64,000 nt of DNA from Mobula hypostoma (GCF_963921235.1 NC_086108.1:104162001-104226000); one strand, 5' to 3'; numbered from the stretch's first letter, positions 1 through 12,726 are shown. Program-made: numbers and translations. Notes: generated by a model from the letters alone, not told the origin.

Positions 1-919
1 TATTAGAGTACAAGACTGGTGGTTCTGAATTATTTGGAGACATTTTGATTTTGGAGAAAGAAAATTGCAAGTTTAAAGTAAATTTATTATCCAAGTACAC
101 ACATTACTATATACTACCCTGAGATTCATTTACTTGCAGGCATTTATAGGGAAAAATAAATTGATATGATAGAATTTTACAAAAAACTGTACACAAAGAC
201 TGACAAACGCCAGAGCAAAAGAAGACAAACTGCAAATAAAAGTAATACTGAGAACATGAGTTGTAAAGAGTCCTTGAAAGTGAGTCTGTAGATTGCAGAA
301 TCAGTTCAGAGTTGAGTGTAGTTATTCATGCCAGTTCAGGAGTCTGATGTTGTAGGCTAATAACTAATCCTGAACCTGGTGGTGTGGGACCTTGAGGCTT
401 AAAGATTTGAGCCCAGTCAAAGCTGACTGCTCTCTAATACAGGAATTGGGGATGCTGTGGTATTGTGGCTTTAGATGAAATGCCAAACTAAAGCCTCTTT
501 TGCACCCTTGGAGGGTCGTTAAAAATATCCTACAGCAATATTCTGTGGAAGCATCTTGAGTTTTTCCTCTGGTGTCTTGGTGTCAGGAATCCCTTTAAGG
601 GTCAGAGAATCACAGGATATTCCATAAAGAAGAATTGATACTAAGCTGCTCTCTGCTGAGTAGAGTTGACAGTTTCTATGGAAGTGTAATGTAGAGGAAG
701 CTCTTGTGTGGTGAACAGATTAGAAGTACTGATAGATGATCAGCCCTAAATATTTCAACACCGCTGTTCCAGCACTTTAATGGAGTGCTGAATTTTGAGA
801 AGTGCCTATTCTTAGAAGATGTCTATGCAGAGCTTGGGCTGTGTTCTGTTCCTGAGTTCTGCGTGTAAACTGATTTCTCTGTATGTCAGAAGTGGTCATT
901 TTCTGAGACTGCAGTTGTC

Positions 920-1225
920 ATGCCTGCTCATACCACTGGACCAGGACTTCTGAGGTGCAGAGTGGAACTACCCTACTGGCAACTAGAAGATGTTGGAAAT
1001 GGCCCAGTGGCCGTGGCTTTTCCCACATTGAAAACTCTCCTGCACAAGTTTGGCTTATCATCAGATATGACGGATTTGGAAGTAGTGAAAAGACGAAGGT
1101 TAACTATGTCCAGGCAAGCATACATTCAGATAGGGCACACACAACCCGGGCAAGAAAGGTCTTTAAAGAGCATGACTTCACTTTGCATAGCAGGTTTCAG
1201 AAGCCATTTTGTTTATGGAGATGAG
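920..1225 (+). CDS. Candidate alternative first coding exon of the GIPC gene (102 codons, no recognisable homology)
   Basis: ATG at 920 with G at -3. The frame is open to GAG|GTAAGA (donor at 1226), phase 0, which is compatible with the phase-0 exon at 2493. Lies in apparently non-repetitive DNA. Confidence 0.35.
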
Positions 1226-2492
1226 GTAAGAATGTAACAGAAGGATGCAAAACGTGTCAACTAAGGGACAATTGCTTTAACTAACTGTAAATATAGTGGT
1301 TCTGCAAGTTACAAATGACCTGACTTACTGAAATATGAAATCTGATAAAGTATCTTGGGTTATTAGCTTGTAATTTCTATTGACTTTTAACACCTGTATT
1401 ATGAATGACAATGGATCTTGCAAATAAGGAATTTGAACATTCACACGTTACCAAATGGTCAACATCTGTAACTTTGGTCAGTTTTGTATAAAAATGGCAT
1501 TTCCATGTTCAGACTTGAGAACAGTGTGGTGACAAGGGCTGGGCTATTCTTGTGTGCAGGTAAAATTCAGGATTCATGATTATTTAATGTCATTTCCAGT
1601 ACACGTCTAAAAGAGAAAATAATTGTTACTCCAGATCTGAAGCAGCACAAAAAGCACAAATTAAGATAAAGAACATAATAACAAAAACACAATAACTAAA
1701 GTACATACAATGTATACAAGTTGACACTCGGCAGAGGAGCTGACTGACAGGAAATGGTGTGGTGGTGGGTGTGTGAAGGGGTGGGTTAGTGGTGTGGGAC
1801 AAACAGTCCATGAACAGGGTTGTCGGAGTCCAGTTAATCAGCGATGCATAAGCAATCAATCATCATTTCATTAAATAATCTCCTTATACTAGCACTAATT
1901 AAACTAATTGAATATGTACTGTATCTATCATGAATGAAATATCTTAGTATTGTTGGCTTGAAAAATATTTTTAAAATAAATGGGAAAATTTAAGTAAAGT
2001 CAGATTTCAGTGTGTCAGGTCACTTGTAACCTGCGGTGCCCCTGTGTTAAAATGAGTCCGTCTGCTCTTTGTATGTGGAAACAGTGATAGTATAGTGCAG
2101 AAGCTAACATTGCTGGAAACACAGCAAATCAGGCAGCAGTGGTGGAAAGAGAATTAGTCAACATTTCGGGTTGAAGTTACTTCATCAGAGCTGAGAAAGA
2201 GGGAAGCAAATGAAATCTGATGGCTTGTCATTGAACTGCATGTGAAGCTTGGTCAGAAATTTAAAAAAAAAACACCATCATGTTTGAGAGGTTTAAGGAG
2301 GTGAGTTTGAGGCCTAGGCAGCAGATAATGGAGGGAAGGTGGTCAGGGAAGGCACATGAATTAAAACAGTAAGATGAAGGGTTTTGAATCTGTTTGGTAA
2401 CAGATAAAATGTTGGCAATAGTTGGCATACTTCTTGTCATCTCCTAAAACCTCTTCTGTATTTATAATCAGTGTAATTTTTTTCCCATACAG

Positions 2493-2678
2493 ATTTTGTT
2501 CTGCACATTGAATACACACAAAATTGACATGGACAAGCTCCTTGGCGGGCAGATTGGCTTGGAAGACTTTATTTTTGCACATACGAAAGGGCTCAGGAAA
2601 GAAGTGGATGTTTTTAAATCAGAGGAGGCTCTGGGATTGACCATTACCGATAATGGGGCAGGATTTGCTTTCATAAAG
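2493..2678 (+). CDS. GIPC2: GIPC-family PDZ adaptor, internal coding exon (end of GH1, start of PDZ): [30 protein letters not shown]...[17 protein letters not shown]
   Basis: Acceptor tttcccatacAG (2491-2492), donor GTaggt (2679). 186 nt, phase 0/0. Translation closely matches GIPC1/2/3 as I recall them, including the [14 protein letters not shown] motif. The family is secure; the paralogue call (GIPC2 vs GIPC1) is tentative. Confidence 0.95.
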
Positions 2679-5118
2679 GTAGGTCTTGGTTCTATATCTG
2701 AGGAAAGTCCACTGTTTGTGCAACAGGATGGACATTGCATTTTTCCCCACTGTGGATTTCATTTGTCTTTGAAAATGAACATTTCTAAAATGTTAAAATC
2801 CTTCTCCAGTTGCAGTGTTCCCAACTTTGGCTGTTATCAATAATCATTTAGTTATTTTGTATTTATTTAGTGATACACCATGGTAACAGGCCCTTTCAGC
2901 CCAACGAGCCCGTGCCACCCAGTTACATCCATGTGACCAATCAACCTATACCAACCCATATGTCTTTGGAATGTGGGAGGAAACTGGAGCGGCTAGAAGA
3001 AACCTACAGTCAGGAGGAGATTGCACATACACTTTACAGACTGCATTGGAATTGAACCCGGGTCATTGGCTCTGTAATAGAGTTAAGCTAGCCACTGCGT
3101 AATCAATGTTGCTAAAATCACGAGCAGGCTCAGTTTATGCCTTTTGTGAGGGCAACCAGGGCAGACCATCTAAAGTCAGCAATGTTGGCAACACTCATGT
3201 CTCAAGAAGCAATGTGGTCAATTAGGCATAATTGCTCTAATCAGCAAGTGGCATTGAAGTTCTCTCTCATTCTGCAAATGTACAAGGATATTGTCAAAAC
3301 CCGAGGAGCTGAGTTGTAGAGAAAGGATGAATAGGTTAAGAATTTATTCCCAGGAGTGAAAGACAGTGAGGGGAGATTTGATGGAGGTATATGAAATTGA
3401 GGGGTACAGACCAGGTAAATGCAAGCAGGCTCTTTTCACTGGTTGGGTGAGACTAGAAGTAGGGGGTCACAGGTTAAGGGTGAAAGGTGAAATATTTAAG
3501 GGGAAATGTGAAGGGGAACTACTTCACTCAGAGGTTGGTGAAACTATGGAATGAGCTGCCAGAGGAATTGGTGGATGTGAGTTCAATTTCAACATTTGAG
3601 AAATTTGGATAGAAGGGATATGGAGGGTTTATGGTCCAAGTGTAGTTTGATGGGACTAGGGAGAATAATGGTTTGGTATGGTCTAGATGGGCCAATGGGC
3701 TTGATTCTGTGCTATAGTGATTTAAATCATTTCACTTGTCAATATCTAAGCTTTCAGTCTATATCTACACCCAAAAAACAATGGGTTTGGCTGTTGCTAC
3801 TTTAGTTTTAAAAAAAGATTGAGAAAACCTGTAAAGTGGTTTCAAGGCTACATTTTGACATGGCAGGAGTAAGATTTTGCAAGTATAGGCAGGCATTATC
3901 TGCCAACTGTTTTCTTTTTGACTATTCCCGTCAAAATGTTGAGACATTTTTATTTGCCTAGAGTGTTGGAGAGGGATGTGTTTCCTGTAGATAGCTGTCA
4001 AAGCTGTGGCTTCTTTCCTGCAGCTGTGACTGCACTTCAGAAACTGAAATGATAAGTGATTTAAAACAAAAAAAAATTGAGCTTGTTTCCTTGGGAAAAG
4101 GTGAAAGATAACACCTGAGGCAAAAGCACGGTAGCGTGGTGGCATAGTGCTATTACAGTACCTGTGACCCAGGTTCAATTACCCTACCAACCTGTATGTC
4201 TTCGGATTGTGAGAAGAAACCACAGAGCACTTGGAGGAAACCCATGTGGTAACGGGGAGCAGGCAGGCAGCAGTGGGAATTGAATCCGGGTCACTGGTGC
4301 TGTGCTAACTACTATGCTACTGTGCCCCTCCCATAATAATTGGTCATACATGGGTGTAACCGGGCAGCATGGGCTTGTTGGGCCGGAAGGGTCTGCTGCT
4401 GTACTATTTCGCTAGATAAATTTTAAAAATGAAATAAAGAAGGGGTATTTTTATTTCAGTATCATTATAATCTGGATGTTCTGCTGGAAGGGAATTGGAA
4501 GCAAACTCAGTAATAGCTCCTACTTGCAAAATAATTAGCAGGACTATATGGGGGTGGGGGAGGTGGAGTTGGGGGGGGGGGAGAGAGAAAATCTCTCGGA
4601 TAGTTCCATTAGTGAGATTGCACATTGGGCAAATATATTTTGTGATTAAAGAGCAAGATTGATTGTCTTGCATAGCGTGAAAAACTTTTTCAAGTGCAAA
4701 TAATGGTTTTGAGTTGGGTTTCATTTTTCAAAAGAAATGTGTGCATGAATGAAGGGAGTGGGAATGCTGTGGTAGTTTCCTGTCAGGGGAAGTGTCCAAA
4801 GGGCTGGGTAAGGGAGTGTGTGTTTCCAGAAGGCAAGTAAACACTGCACAACGTTGGCAAAAGGGAAGGAAGTCATCATTGCTCTGTATTTGTCATGAGT
4901 AATCCATTTATTTCTGCATTTTATCAAAAATGGAAAGAAATACAAATGGAGAGAAAGCTGTATTAGTCCTACAGTAAAAATTATTGTAAGATTGGAGAAT
5001 GAATGTAACCCTGAAGCAGGTTATGAAATTCACAGATTGGACTTTGTTAACTAGTAGCAATAATTAAATACACACTCAACAGCTTTTAATGAGCTTTTAA
5101 AACTTCACAGTAAAGTTA

Positions 5119-5588
5119 CACTGTGGCCACTTTATTAGGCACACCTGCTCACTAATTTAAGTATCTAATCAGCTAATCATGTGGCTGCAACTCAATGCAG
5201 ACATGGTCAAGAGGTTCATTTGTTCTTTGGACCAAACATCAGAGTGGAAGTCAGATGGGGGAGGTTTGAGTTTCTCAGAAACTGCTGATTTCCTGGAGCT
5301 TTTCATGCACAGCAGTCTCTAGAGTTGGCAGAATGGTGTGGAAAAACAAAAAGCATCCAGTAATCATTTCTGTGAGTAAAAATGCCAAGTTAATGAGAGG
5401 TCAGAGGAGAATGGACTGGTTCAAGCTGATAGGGATGCAACAGTAATTCAAATAACCATGTGAAACAACAGTTGTGTGCAGAAGAGCATCTCTGAATGCA
5501 CAATACCTCGAGCTTTGAAGTGGATGGGCTATAGCAGGTGATGACCACACTGGGTTCCATTCCTGTACCTAATAAAGTGGCCACTGAG
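5119..5588. mobile_element. Tc1-derived non-autonomous element (MITE-like)
   Basis: TA-flanked inverted termini cactgtggccactttattagg / cctaataaagtggccactgag. Related copies at 46619-47134 and 57724-58252. Confidence 0.75.
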
Positions 5589-5881
5589 TAAATTTTCAAG
5601 TTGTATTTGCTCGAATGCAGTTGTGATGATCACACTTGTGCTGGTTCCAGATGTGTTAATTTATCAATGGTTTCCAAAGAACACATTTATCACTTCCTGA
5701 GAGCAGTACGATTTATGAAGGGAGGGGAATAGACTTTCGCTAAAGACACCAGATTACCCAAAACAGACAACTATCTTATTTCAAATTTCCTTGAAGTTGT
5801 GAAGGAAATCAAGTTAGTGGGAGACGGACTGAATCATTTGGGGCACTGATAAAGTTGCTTTGGCCCAGTAGTGGGTGATAA

Positions 5882-6275
5882 TAAACGCAAGAAATTCTGC
5901 AGATGCTGGAAATCCAGGGAGCGACACACACAATGCTGGAGGAACCAGCAGGTTAGACAGCCTGTATGGAGAGGAATAAACAGTCTGTGTTTTGGGATGT
6001 GCCCCTTCACCAGGACTTTGAACAAAAGGGGGAAGAAGCCAAAGTAAGAAGGTGGGGGAGGGGGGGTTGAAGTGAGAAGCTGGGAGGTGATTGGTGGAAA
6101 ATTTAAAGGACTAAAGAAGGAATCTGATAGGCAAGGACAGTGGACCATGGAAGAAAGAGGAGGATTTGGGTCATTAGAGGAAGGTGATGGGCAGGTGAGG
6201 AGAGGAGTTAAGGGAGGAGTCAGAATGGGGAATGGAAAAAGAGGGAGGGGAGGAAGTTAGAAAAATCAATGTTCG
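5882..6275 (-). mobile_element. Penelope-like element 3' end, degenerate
   Basis: Shares the gaaattctgcagatgctggaaatc...tgctggaggaa terminus and purine-rich spacer with the GIY-YIG-bearing copy at 41489-42142. Confidence 0.65.
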
Positions 6276-6974
6276 TGACAACCGTGTATTGCAATTCAAG
6301 AGACACTTGTTTTGCTACAAAGTGAATGTCACATGGAACCTTGAGTGAAATGTAAATTTACGTATTTTGTAAATTAATTTGTGCTGTGTGACCTGAACAA
6401 TCGGTGTACTACAGTGCCATCTAATGGCAATGCATTGTCAGTAATGCCTATTGATAATGAACACTCATAGCCTGCTGACTTAATTAAGGTGTTCACCATT
6501 TCTCATACATGGATCCCAGCAGCTGTTTTTACCTTTGCCAGGCTTTGTGTCTGTAAGATCCTTTCATGACTAAGCCAGTCCAGAATTTCCCTTAATTGAT
6601 ATTCACTGGTGGTAGTCAGTTGATTAGATTTAGGACTTGAATCTGGTTTGGTTCCTACTCAATCTGCCAGCACTAAGGAACAAAAGTAGGCCATTCAACC
6701 TGTTTCACTTGCTCTGCCATTGGACCAGATCAAAGAAGGATTGAAGGAGGATGAGGGGTGACTTGATAGAGGTGTACAAGATGAGAGTCATATTTAGAGT
6801 GGGTAGTCGGAGACTTTTTCCCAGGACAGAAATGGCTAATACAAGGGGACACAAATTTAAGGAGAATGGAGGAAATGATGGAGGTGGGGAGGAAATGTCA
6901 GAGTGGTGGGTGCATGGAACGCACTGTTAGAGTTGGTGGTAGAGGCAGATACATTAGGGACATTTAAGAAACTC

Positions 6975-7690
6975 GGTCATCAAATGCTCCTTGTACATTA
7001 ACCCTTTCATTCCCAGAATTCTGGTGTACCACCTCTAACCCTCTCCAATGCCAGCACATCTTTTAGATAAGAGGTCCAAAACTGCTCACAATACTCCACA
7101 AGTGTGGTATTGACCAATGCCTTTAAAGCCTCAGCATCACATCCTTGCTCTGAAATTCTAGTCCTCTCAAAATGAGTGCTAACATTACATTTGCCTTCCT
7201 TACCACCAACTCAGCCTATAAGTTAACCTTTAAGGAATCCTGCATAAGGACTCCCAAGTCCCTTTGCACCTCTGATTTTTGAATTTCTCCCCCATTAGAA
7301 AATAGTCTACGCCTATATTCCTTCTACTAAAGTGCATGACTATATACTTTTCCATGCTATATTCCATCTGCCGCTTCTTTGCCCGTTCTCCCAATCTGTC
7401 CAGATCCTTCTGCAGACTCCCTGCTTCCTGAGTAAAACCTGCCCCACCACATTTCTTTTGTATCGTTTGCAGTCTTCGCCACAAAGCCATCAATTCTGTC
7501 ATCCAAAATCATTGACATATATCTTGCAAAGAAGCGTTCCTAATGTCGACCCCTGTGGAACACTTGTCACTGGTAGCCAACCAGAATAGGCCCCCTTACT
7601 CCAACTCTTTGCCAGCTGCTGATCGGCCAATCTTCTCTCCATGCTCGTATCTTTCCTGTAATACCATGGACTCTTATCTTGTTAAGCAGC
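6975..7690 (-). mobile_element. CR1 LINE RT fragment
   Basis: Minus-strand translation gives LQKDLDRLGERAKKRQMEYSMEK...MHF, and the DNA is similar to the other CR1 copies. Confidence 0.85.
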
Positions 7691-7913
7691 CTGATAGTCA
7701 AAGAATATTACAGCACAGAAACATATCTTTTGGCCCATCTGGTTTTTTTCCAAATCATCAACCTACCTAGTCCCATCGACCTGCGCCTGGACCATAGTGC
7801 TCCATACCTCTCCCATCCATGTACCTTTTCAAATTTTTCTTAAGTGTTGAAATCTACCTTGCATCCACCAGTACTGTTGTTAGCTCACTCCGTCCTCTCA
7901 CTACTGTCCTATC

Positions 7914-7915
<2 letters not shown>

Positions 7916-7946
<31 letters not shown>

Positions 7947-7953
7947 TGTGTGT
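7916..7953. repeat. (GT)n microsatellite
   Basis: Direct reading. Confidence 0.95.
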
Positions 7954-8102
7954 CTGTTATGTGACATCACAGGATTGGTCAATTTCGCTGGCTTGTCCAC
8001 CTATTAATTAGCGTTTCAACTGCAAATTCTGTGTGTGTGAACGTGTTCATGGTTTCCAAGTGGAAATAATTGGAAAAGTTAAGGAACACTGACAATACCC
8101 CT

Positions 8103-8690
8103 GGAATTTCAAGCAACAGACATAAAAATTGCTGGTGAATGCAGCAGGCCAGGCAGCATCTATAGCAAGAGGTACAGTCGACGTTTCGGGCTGAGACCCT
8201 TTGTCAGGTCTAACTGAAATAAGATATAGTAAGAGATTTGAAAGTGGGAGGGGGGAGGAGGAGATCCAAAATAATAGGAGAAGACAGGAGGGGGAGGGAT
8301 GGAGCTAAGAGCTGGAAAGTTGATTGGCAAAAGGGATATGAGAGGATCATGGGACAGGAGGCCCAGGGAGAAAGAAACGGGGAGGGGAGAAACCCAGCAG
8401 ATGGGCAAGGAGTATAGTGAGAGGGACAGAGGGAGAAAAGGAGAGAGAGAGAAAAAAACTAATAATAAATAATGAATGCGGTACAAAGGGGAGGTGGGGC
8501 ATTAACAGAAGTTAGAGAAGTCAATGTTCATGCCATCAGGTTGGAGGCTACCCGGATGGAATATAAGGTGTTGTTCCTCCAGCCTGAGTGTGGCTTCATC
8601 TTGACAGTAGAGGAGGCTGTGGATAAACATATGGGAATGGGAGGTGGAATTAAAATGTGTGGCCACTGAGAGATCCTGCTTTCTTGTTTG
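8103..8690 (-). mobile_element. Penelope-like element 3' fragment (GIY-YIG C-terminus plus terminal repeat with mutated hammerhead at 8175-8212)
   Basis: 8500-8690 is homologous to the GIY-YIG C-terminus at 41884-42100. The hammerhead core reads CUGACAA instead of CUGACGA. Confidence 0.8.
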
Positions 8691-8899
8691 AACTGGTTTT
8701 TGTCGCAGCAGATGACATCACTGAGTCTGATTTATTTATTTTTTTAAAAAGCCAAAATCTGGCTCAGTGTATGTGGTCAGAAAACATAAACATTGTCCGA
8801 AGTTTGTTGAGTCCTGATTTTCTCTTTGAAATCTTACAGGGAACTTGTGAAATTAGTTGGGTCTCATTACAATGCCAAACCATCAGTTATTGAGCAACG

Positions 8900-11010
8900 T
8901 TTTAAATTCAACACCTGTATTCAGTTAGAAAATGAATCATTAACAACGTTTGTTGCTGAAATAAGAACACAGATTGAATTTTGTGATTTTGGTGCTGTTT
9001 GAGAAGATAGAAAGGACAATTGGCAAGAGTTTGCCAATCTCTGCCTCCATCCAAACCAGAATGCTGGAGCACAGGATGAGGTTGCAGAGCTGAAGGCGTT
9101 CGTAATGTACTCGGATGGTCTGGACCAGATTTCCCCCTGTACGGATGGTTTTGAAGATTAACAGCAGACCCATTCCCTTTGAACTTGACACTGGGTGTGT
9201 TATTATGAAATGCAGTGAAAGGACCTGGATGGGTAGATATGTTTGGTCCTGACTCTTTGAAGACACTTACACTACTGCATTACAGACTGAGGACTTGCAT
9301 GGAGGAGCAGTTACAGCTGCTTGGTTATGAGAGGGTTCTACTGGAGCATGAAAAATTGATCACACCAACTACCAGTGCATATTACTAAGGGCAAGAGACT
9401 GACCTTGGGTGTGATTGACTATAGCAAGTGCCTGTCCTAGGTGGGTATGAGATGAAAACCAGCCTGTGGTTGAGAGCTTACTCAAGCAATGAAACCTTTT
9501 CTCAGTAATTCTGATGAAGGTAAGCTCAAGGGTTCTAAAGTACATCATCCAGAATCCGGCACTGCCAAAGCAAAGTTCTTCAAGGTGCCTTCCCTGCCAT
9601 ACATGTTTTGCCCTAAAGTTGAACCTCTGCGATTTTCACAATGGGCCGTCCCTCTTGTGCTAGTAGACAGGAGTGATGTGAACGTAAGAATATGTTGAGA
9701 TAACAAGGTTGCAGTTGATTTATGCCTAGCCACCAAGACGTACCCAATTCCAAAAACAGTAGGCATCTATGCAAATAGGTGGAAATTTCTTATTAAGCAT
9801 GACCTCGCATATGCATACCAACAACTTGAACTAGAAGAAAACTCTAAGCGCCTCACTACTACTGCAATGCACAAAGGCTTGTTCCAGTATGCGAGTCTCC
9901 TGTTTGGCATAAATTCATCTCTAGCAATATTCCAATATACCATTAAAGACCTGCCCAATATAATAGCTTGCTTAGATGATATTCTGATTACTGGGTTGAC
10001 CCTAGAAGAGCATCTGAATAATCTTGCTAAAACCTTCTCCTGACTGATGCAACTTGGTCCATGACTAAAACTTGAGAAATGCACCCTTTTGCCAGATCAT
10101 GTAGAATGCATCTAATCAAAAAAAAGCTTCACCTCAGCATCAAGGAATATCCATAAACTTTGCTCCTTTTTGGGTGTTTTTAATCATTATGCCGGATTTT
10201 TGCCTCACACAGCCATGCTTCTTGCTCCACTTAACGATCCATGAAGAAGGTACAAGTTGGTCCTGGGAACTGGCAGAGGAATCTGTTTTTCAGAGAGCCA
10301 AGCATTAATGCACTACAGATCCAGGGAGCTAATAGTTTTGTACAGTGATGCCTCCCTATATGGTGTTGGTGTGGTGCTAGCTCAGGGTATGGACGGTAAT
10401 GAAAAATCTGTCACTTTCATGTCACGCACCCTTAACCCAGCGGAATAAAACTGTGCACAGTTGTACAAGGAAGCACTGCCAGTTGTTTTTGGGCTCGTGC
10501 ATTTTCACCATGACCTATACGGCCAACATTTCGAGATTCATATGGGCCACAAGCCATTGATGGGATTGCTTGGTGAAAGCAAGGCCATGCCACAGAGTGT
10601 ATCACCAAGACTGCAGATGGGGGCTCTATACCTGTCTGCTTATCATTACACGATATCTTGTGTTCCTAGTAGAAACAATAGCACCAGAGCTCCCTGAAGC
10701 CATCATCCATTACGAAAATATCCTCTTGAGTCAGAACTTTCAGATGAACTGGTACTGCTGATGGACTGGGTCAAACATAGGGCCAACTAGTGTACCTGAA
10801 CCTGTGCTACCCTATGACAGACCTCAAAATGAGTTTAGCATCTATGATGGCGGTCTACTGTGGGGAAGTTGTATTGTAATACCTACACGATTAGGTCCTC
10901 TATCCTGGAAGAGTTACGTTGTGCACAACCAGGAATATCACACGAAGGCGCTAGCCTGGAATTATGTTTGTTGGCCGAACATTGAAGACCCATGCCAGCA
11001 GTCTTGACCT
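8900..11010 (+). pseudogene. Decayed Ty3/Gypsy LTR-retrotransposon pol (protease, RT, RNase H, start of integrase); no LTRs recognised
   Basis: Protease-like IPFELDTG (~9170-9195). RT motifs WAVPLVLV..NVRIC, DLAYAYQQLEL, GLFQY and CLDDILITG. RNase H SDASLYGVGVVL..SRTL..EAL..VFG..HFH..LYGQHF..HKPL. Then GLLWGSCIVIP. Domain order is Gypsy-type, with many stops and frameshifts. Confidence 0.88.
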
Positions 11011-11074
11011 TTAAATGCTTCCATACCTATGGTTCCATGTGCAGCTAAACCCTGGACTTCCTGCCAGATTGCTG

Positions 11075-11815
11075 GCAGGTGGTAAGAGTTGGCTCCCTCA
11101 TCTCTGCCCCTCTGACCCTCTACACAGGAGAGCCTCAAGGCTGTGCCCTCTCCTTTACTCGCTGTATACCCATGACTGTGTCGCCACCCACAGTTCCAAT
11201 CTGCTGATTAAATTTGATGATGATACTACATTGATTGGCCTTATCGCAAATAATAATGAGATAGCCTATAGAGAAGAAGTCATCACCTTGACACAGTGGT
11301 GTCAAGAAAACAACCTTTCCCTCAATGTCACAAAAACAAAGGAGCTGGTTGAGAGGTCAAACAGCTTTAAGTTCCTCTGCATACACATAGCCAGGATCTC
11401 GTAGTCTGTAGGCTATCGTAGTCATAGGCTGTGTGGTGAAGAAAGCACAACAGCACCTCTTTCACCTTAGATGGTTGAAGAAGTTTGGCATGAGACCCAA
11501 ATCCTAAGGACTTTCTGACTGGATGCATCGCTACCTGAAATGGGAACTGCAATTCCCTCAATTGCAGGACTCTGCAGAGAGTGGTGCGGACAGCCCAGGA
11601 CATCTGTAGATGTAAACTTCCCACTATTCAGGACACTAACAAAGACAGGTGTGTTAAAAGGGCCCAAAGGATCATTGGGGACCTGAGTCATCCCAACCAC
11701 AAACTGTTCCAGCTGCCACCATCTGGGAAATGGTACCGCAGCATTAAAGCCAGGACCAGCCACCTTTGGGACAGCTTCTTCCACCAGGCCATCAGACTGA
11801 TTAATTCACGCTGAT
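11075..11815 (+). mobile_element. Rex1/Babar-like LINE 3' RT fragment
   Basis: LYSLYTHDCVA..LIKFDDDTTLIGLI..AYREEV..WCQENNLSLNVTKTKEL, and a C-terminal LFQLPPSGKWYRSIKART..DSFFHQAIRLIN. Confidence 0.85.
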
Positions 11816-12353
11816 ACAATTGTATTCCCATGCTATATTGACTGTCCTGTACATACTATTTATTATAAATTGCACATTTAGATGGAGATGTAACGTAAAG
11901 AATTTTACTCCTCGTGAATGTGAAGGAAGTAATAAAGCCAGTTCAATTTTCCTTACAACCCTATCAGTTTGTGATGCCACTCTCAAGGAATTATGGATCT
12001 GTATTCCCAGATTTGTCTGGCCTACATACTTACTACTCTACTGCTCACTGTCCTCGTTGGCCCTACCAAAGTGCAACATCTCACACTTGTCAGCATTAAA
12101 TTCTATCTGCCATTTTCCAGCCCACTTTTCCAGCTGGTCCAGACCCTGCTGCAAGTTTTGATTGTCTTACTTGCTGTCCATTGCACCTTAATTTCCCCAA
12201 TCTCTTCGACTCCACATATAGAATATCACTGATCTTCCAGTAGACCAATATCGTCCCTTACTATCCTTTTGCGCTTAATACTGTATATCTGTAGAAGCCT
12301 TTAGGATACTCCTTCACCTTTTCTGCTAGAGAAACCTTATGTCTTTCAGCCCT

Positions 12354-12596
12354 CATAAAAGTTGCTGGTGAACGCAGCAGGCCAGGCAGCATCTCTAGGA
12401 AGAGGTGCAGTCGACGTTTCAGGCCGAGACCCTTCGTCAGGACTAACTGAAGGAAGAGTGAGTAAGTGATGAAGGGTCTCAGCCTGAAATGTCGACTGCA
12501 CCTCTTCCTAGAGATGCTGCCTGGCCTGCTGCGTTCACCAGCAACTTTTATGTGTGTTGCTTGAATTTCCAGCATCTACAGAATTCCTGTTGTTTG
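12354..12596. mobile_element. Penelope-like fold-back mini-element (86 bp inverted arms) with TSD
   Basis: Arms at 12354-12439 and 12467-12552. Flanking direct repeat tgtctttcagccct at 12340-12353 and 12597-12610. Confidence 0.88.
12408..12445 (-). ncRNA. Minimal type I hammerhead ribozyme motif (Penelope-associated)
   Basis: Minus strand reads UAGUC-CUGACGA-AGG(gucucgg)CCU-GAAA-CG-UC/GACUG. It has the intact CUGANGA and GAAA core, stem I UAGUC:GACUG, stem II AGG:CCU, a palindromic ACGU stem III and a GUC cleavage triplet. Confidence 0.75.
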
Positions 12597-12726
12597 TGTC
12601 TTTCAGCCCTCCTGATTTCCTTCTGAAGTGTTTTAAACTCAAGTACTTATTTGTTCTTACCTGCTTATACCTGCTATGCATCTCTTTTTTCTTAACTAGG
12701 GCTTCAATATCAGTCAAACCAATCGT

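Larger units (their letters stand above)
11935..12720 (-). mobile_element. CR1 LINE fragments, interrupted by the Penelope mini-element
   Basis: Similar to CR1 ORF2 (LAEKVKEYPKGFYRY and the RT region). Confidence 0.7.

Noticed and set aside
915..1225. Use of this segment as an internal cassette exon via the ctgcAG acceptor at 913-914
   Set aside because: Entry would be phase 1, whereas the canonical upstream GIPC exon ends in phase 0, so it would frameshift. It is kept only as a first-exon candidate.
2679..2843. ORF-track extensions of GIPC exons (also 14236-14333, 22464-22703, 23497-23645)
   Set aside because: Homology stops at canonical GT donors; the extensions are intron read-through.
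12467..12498. Functional sense-strand hammerhead in the right arm
   Set aside because: It lacks the 5' stem I strand and the first core C (GUGAUGA), and has GAAAU in place of GAAAC.
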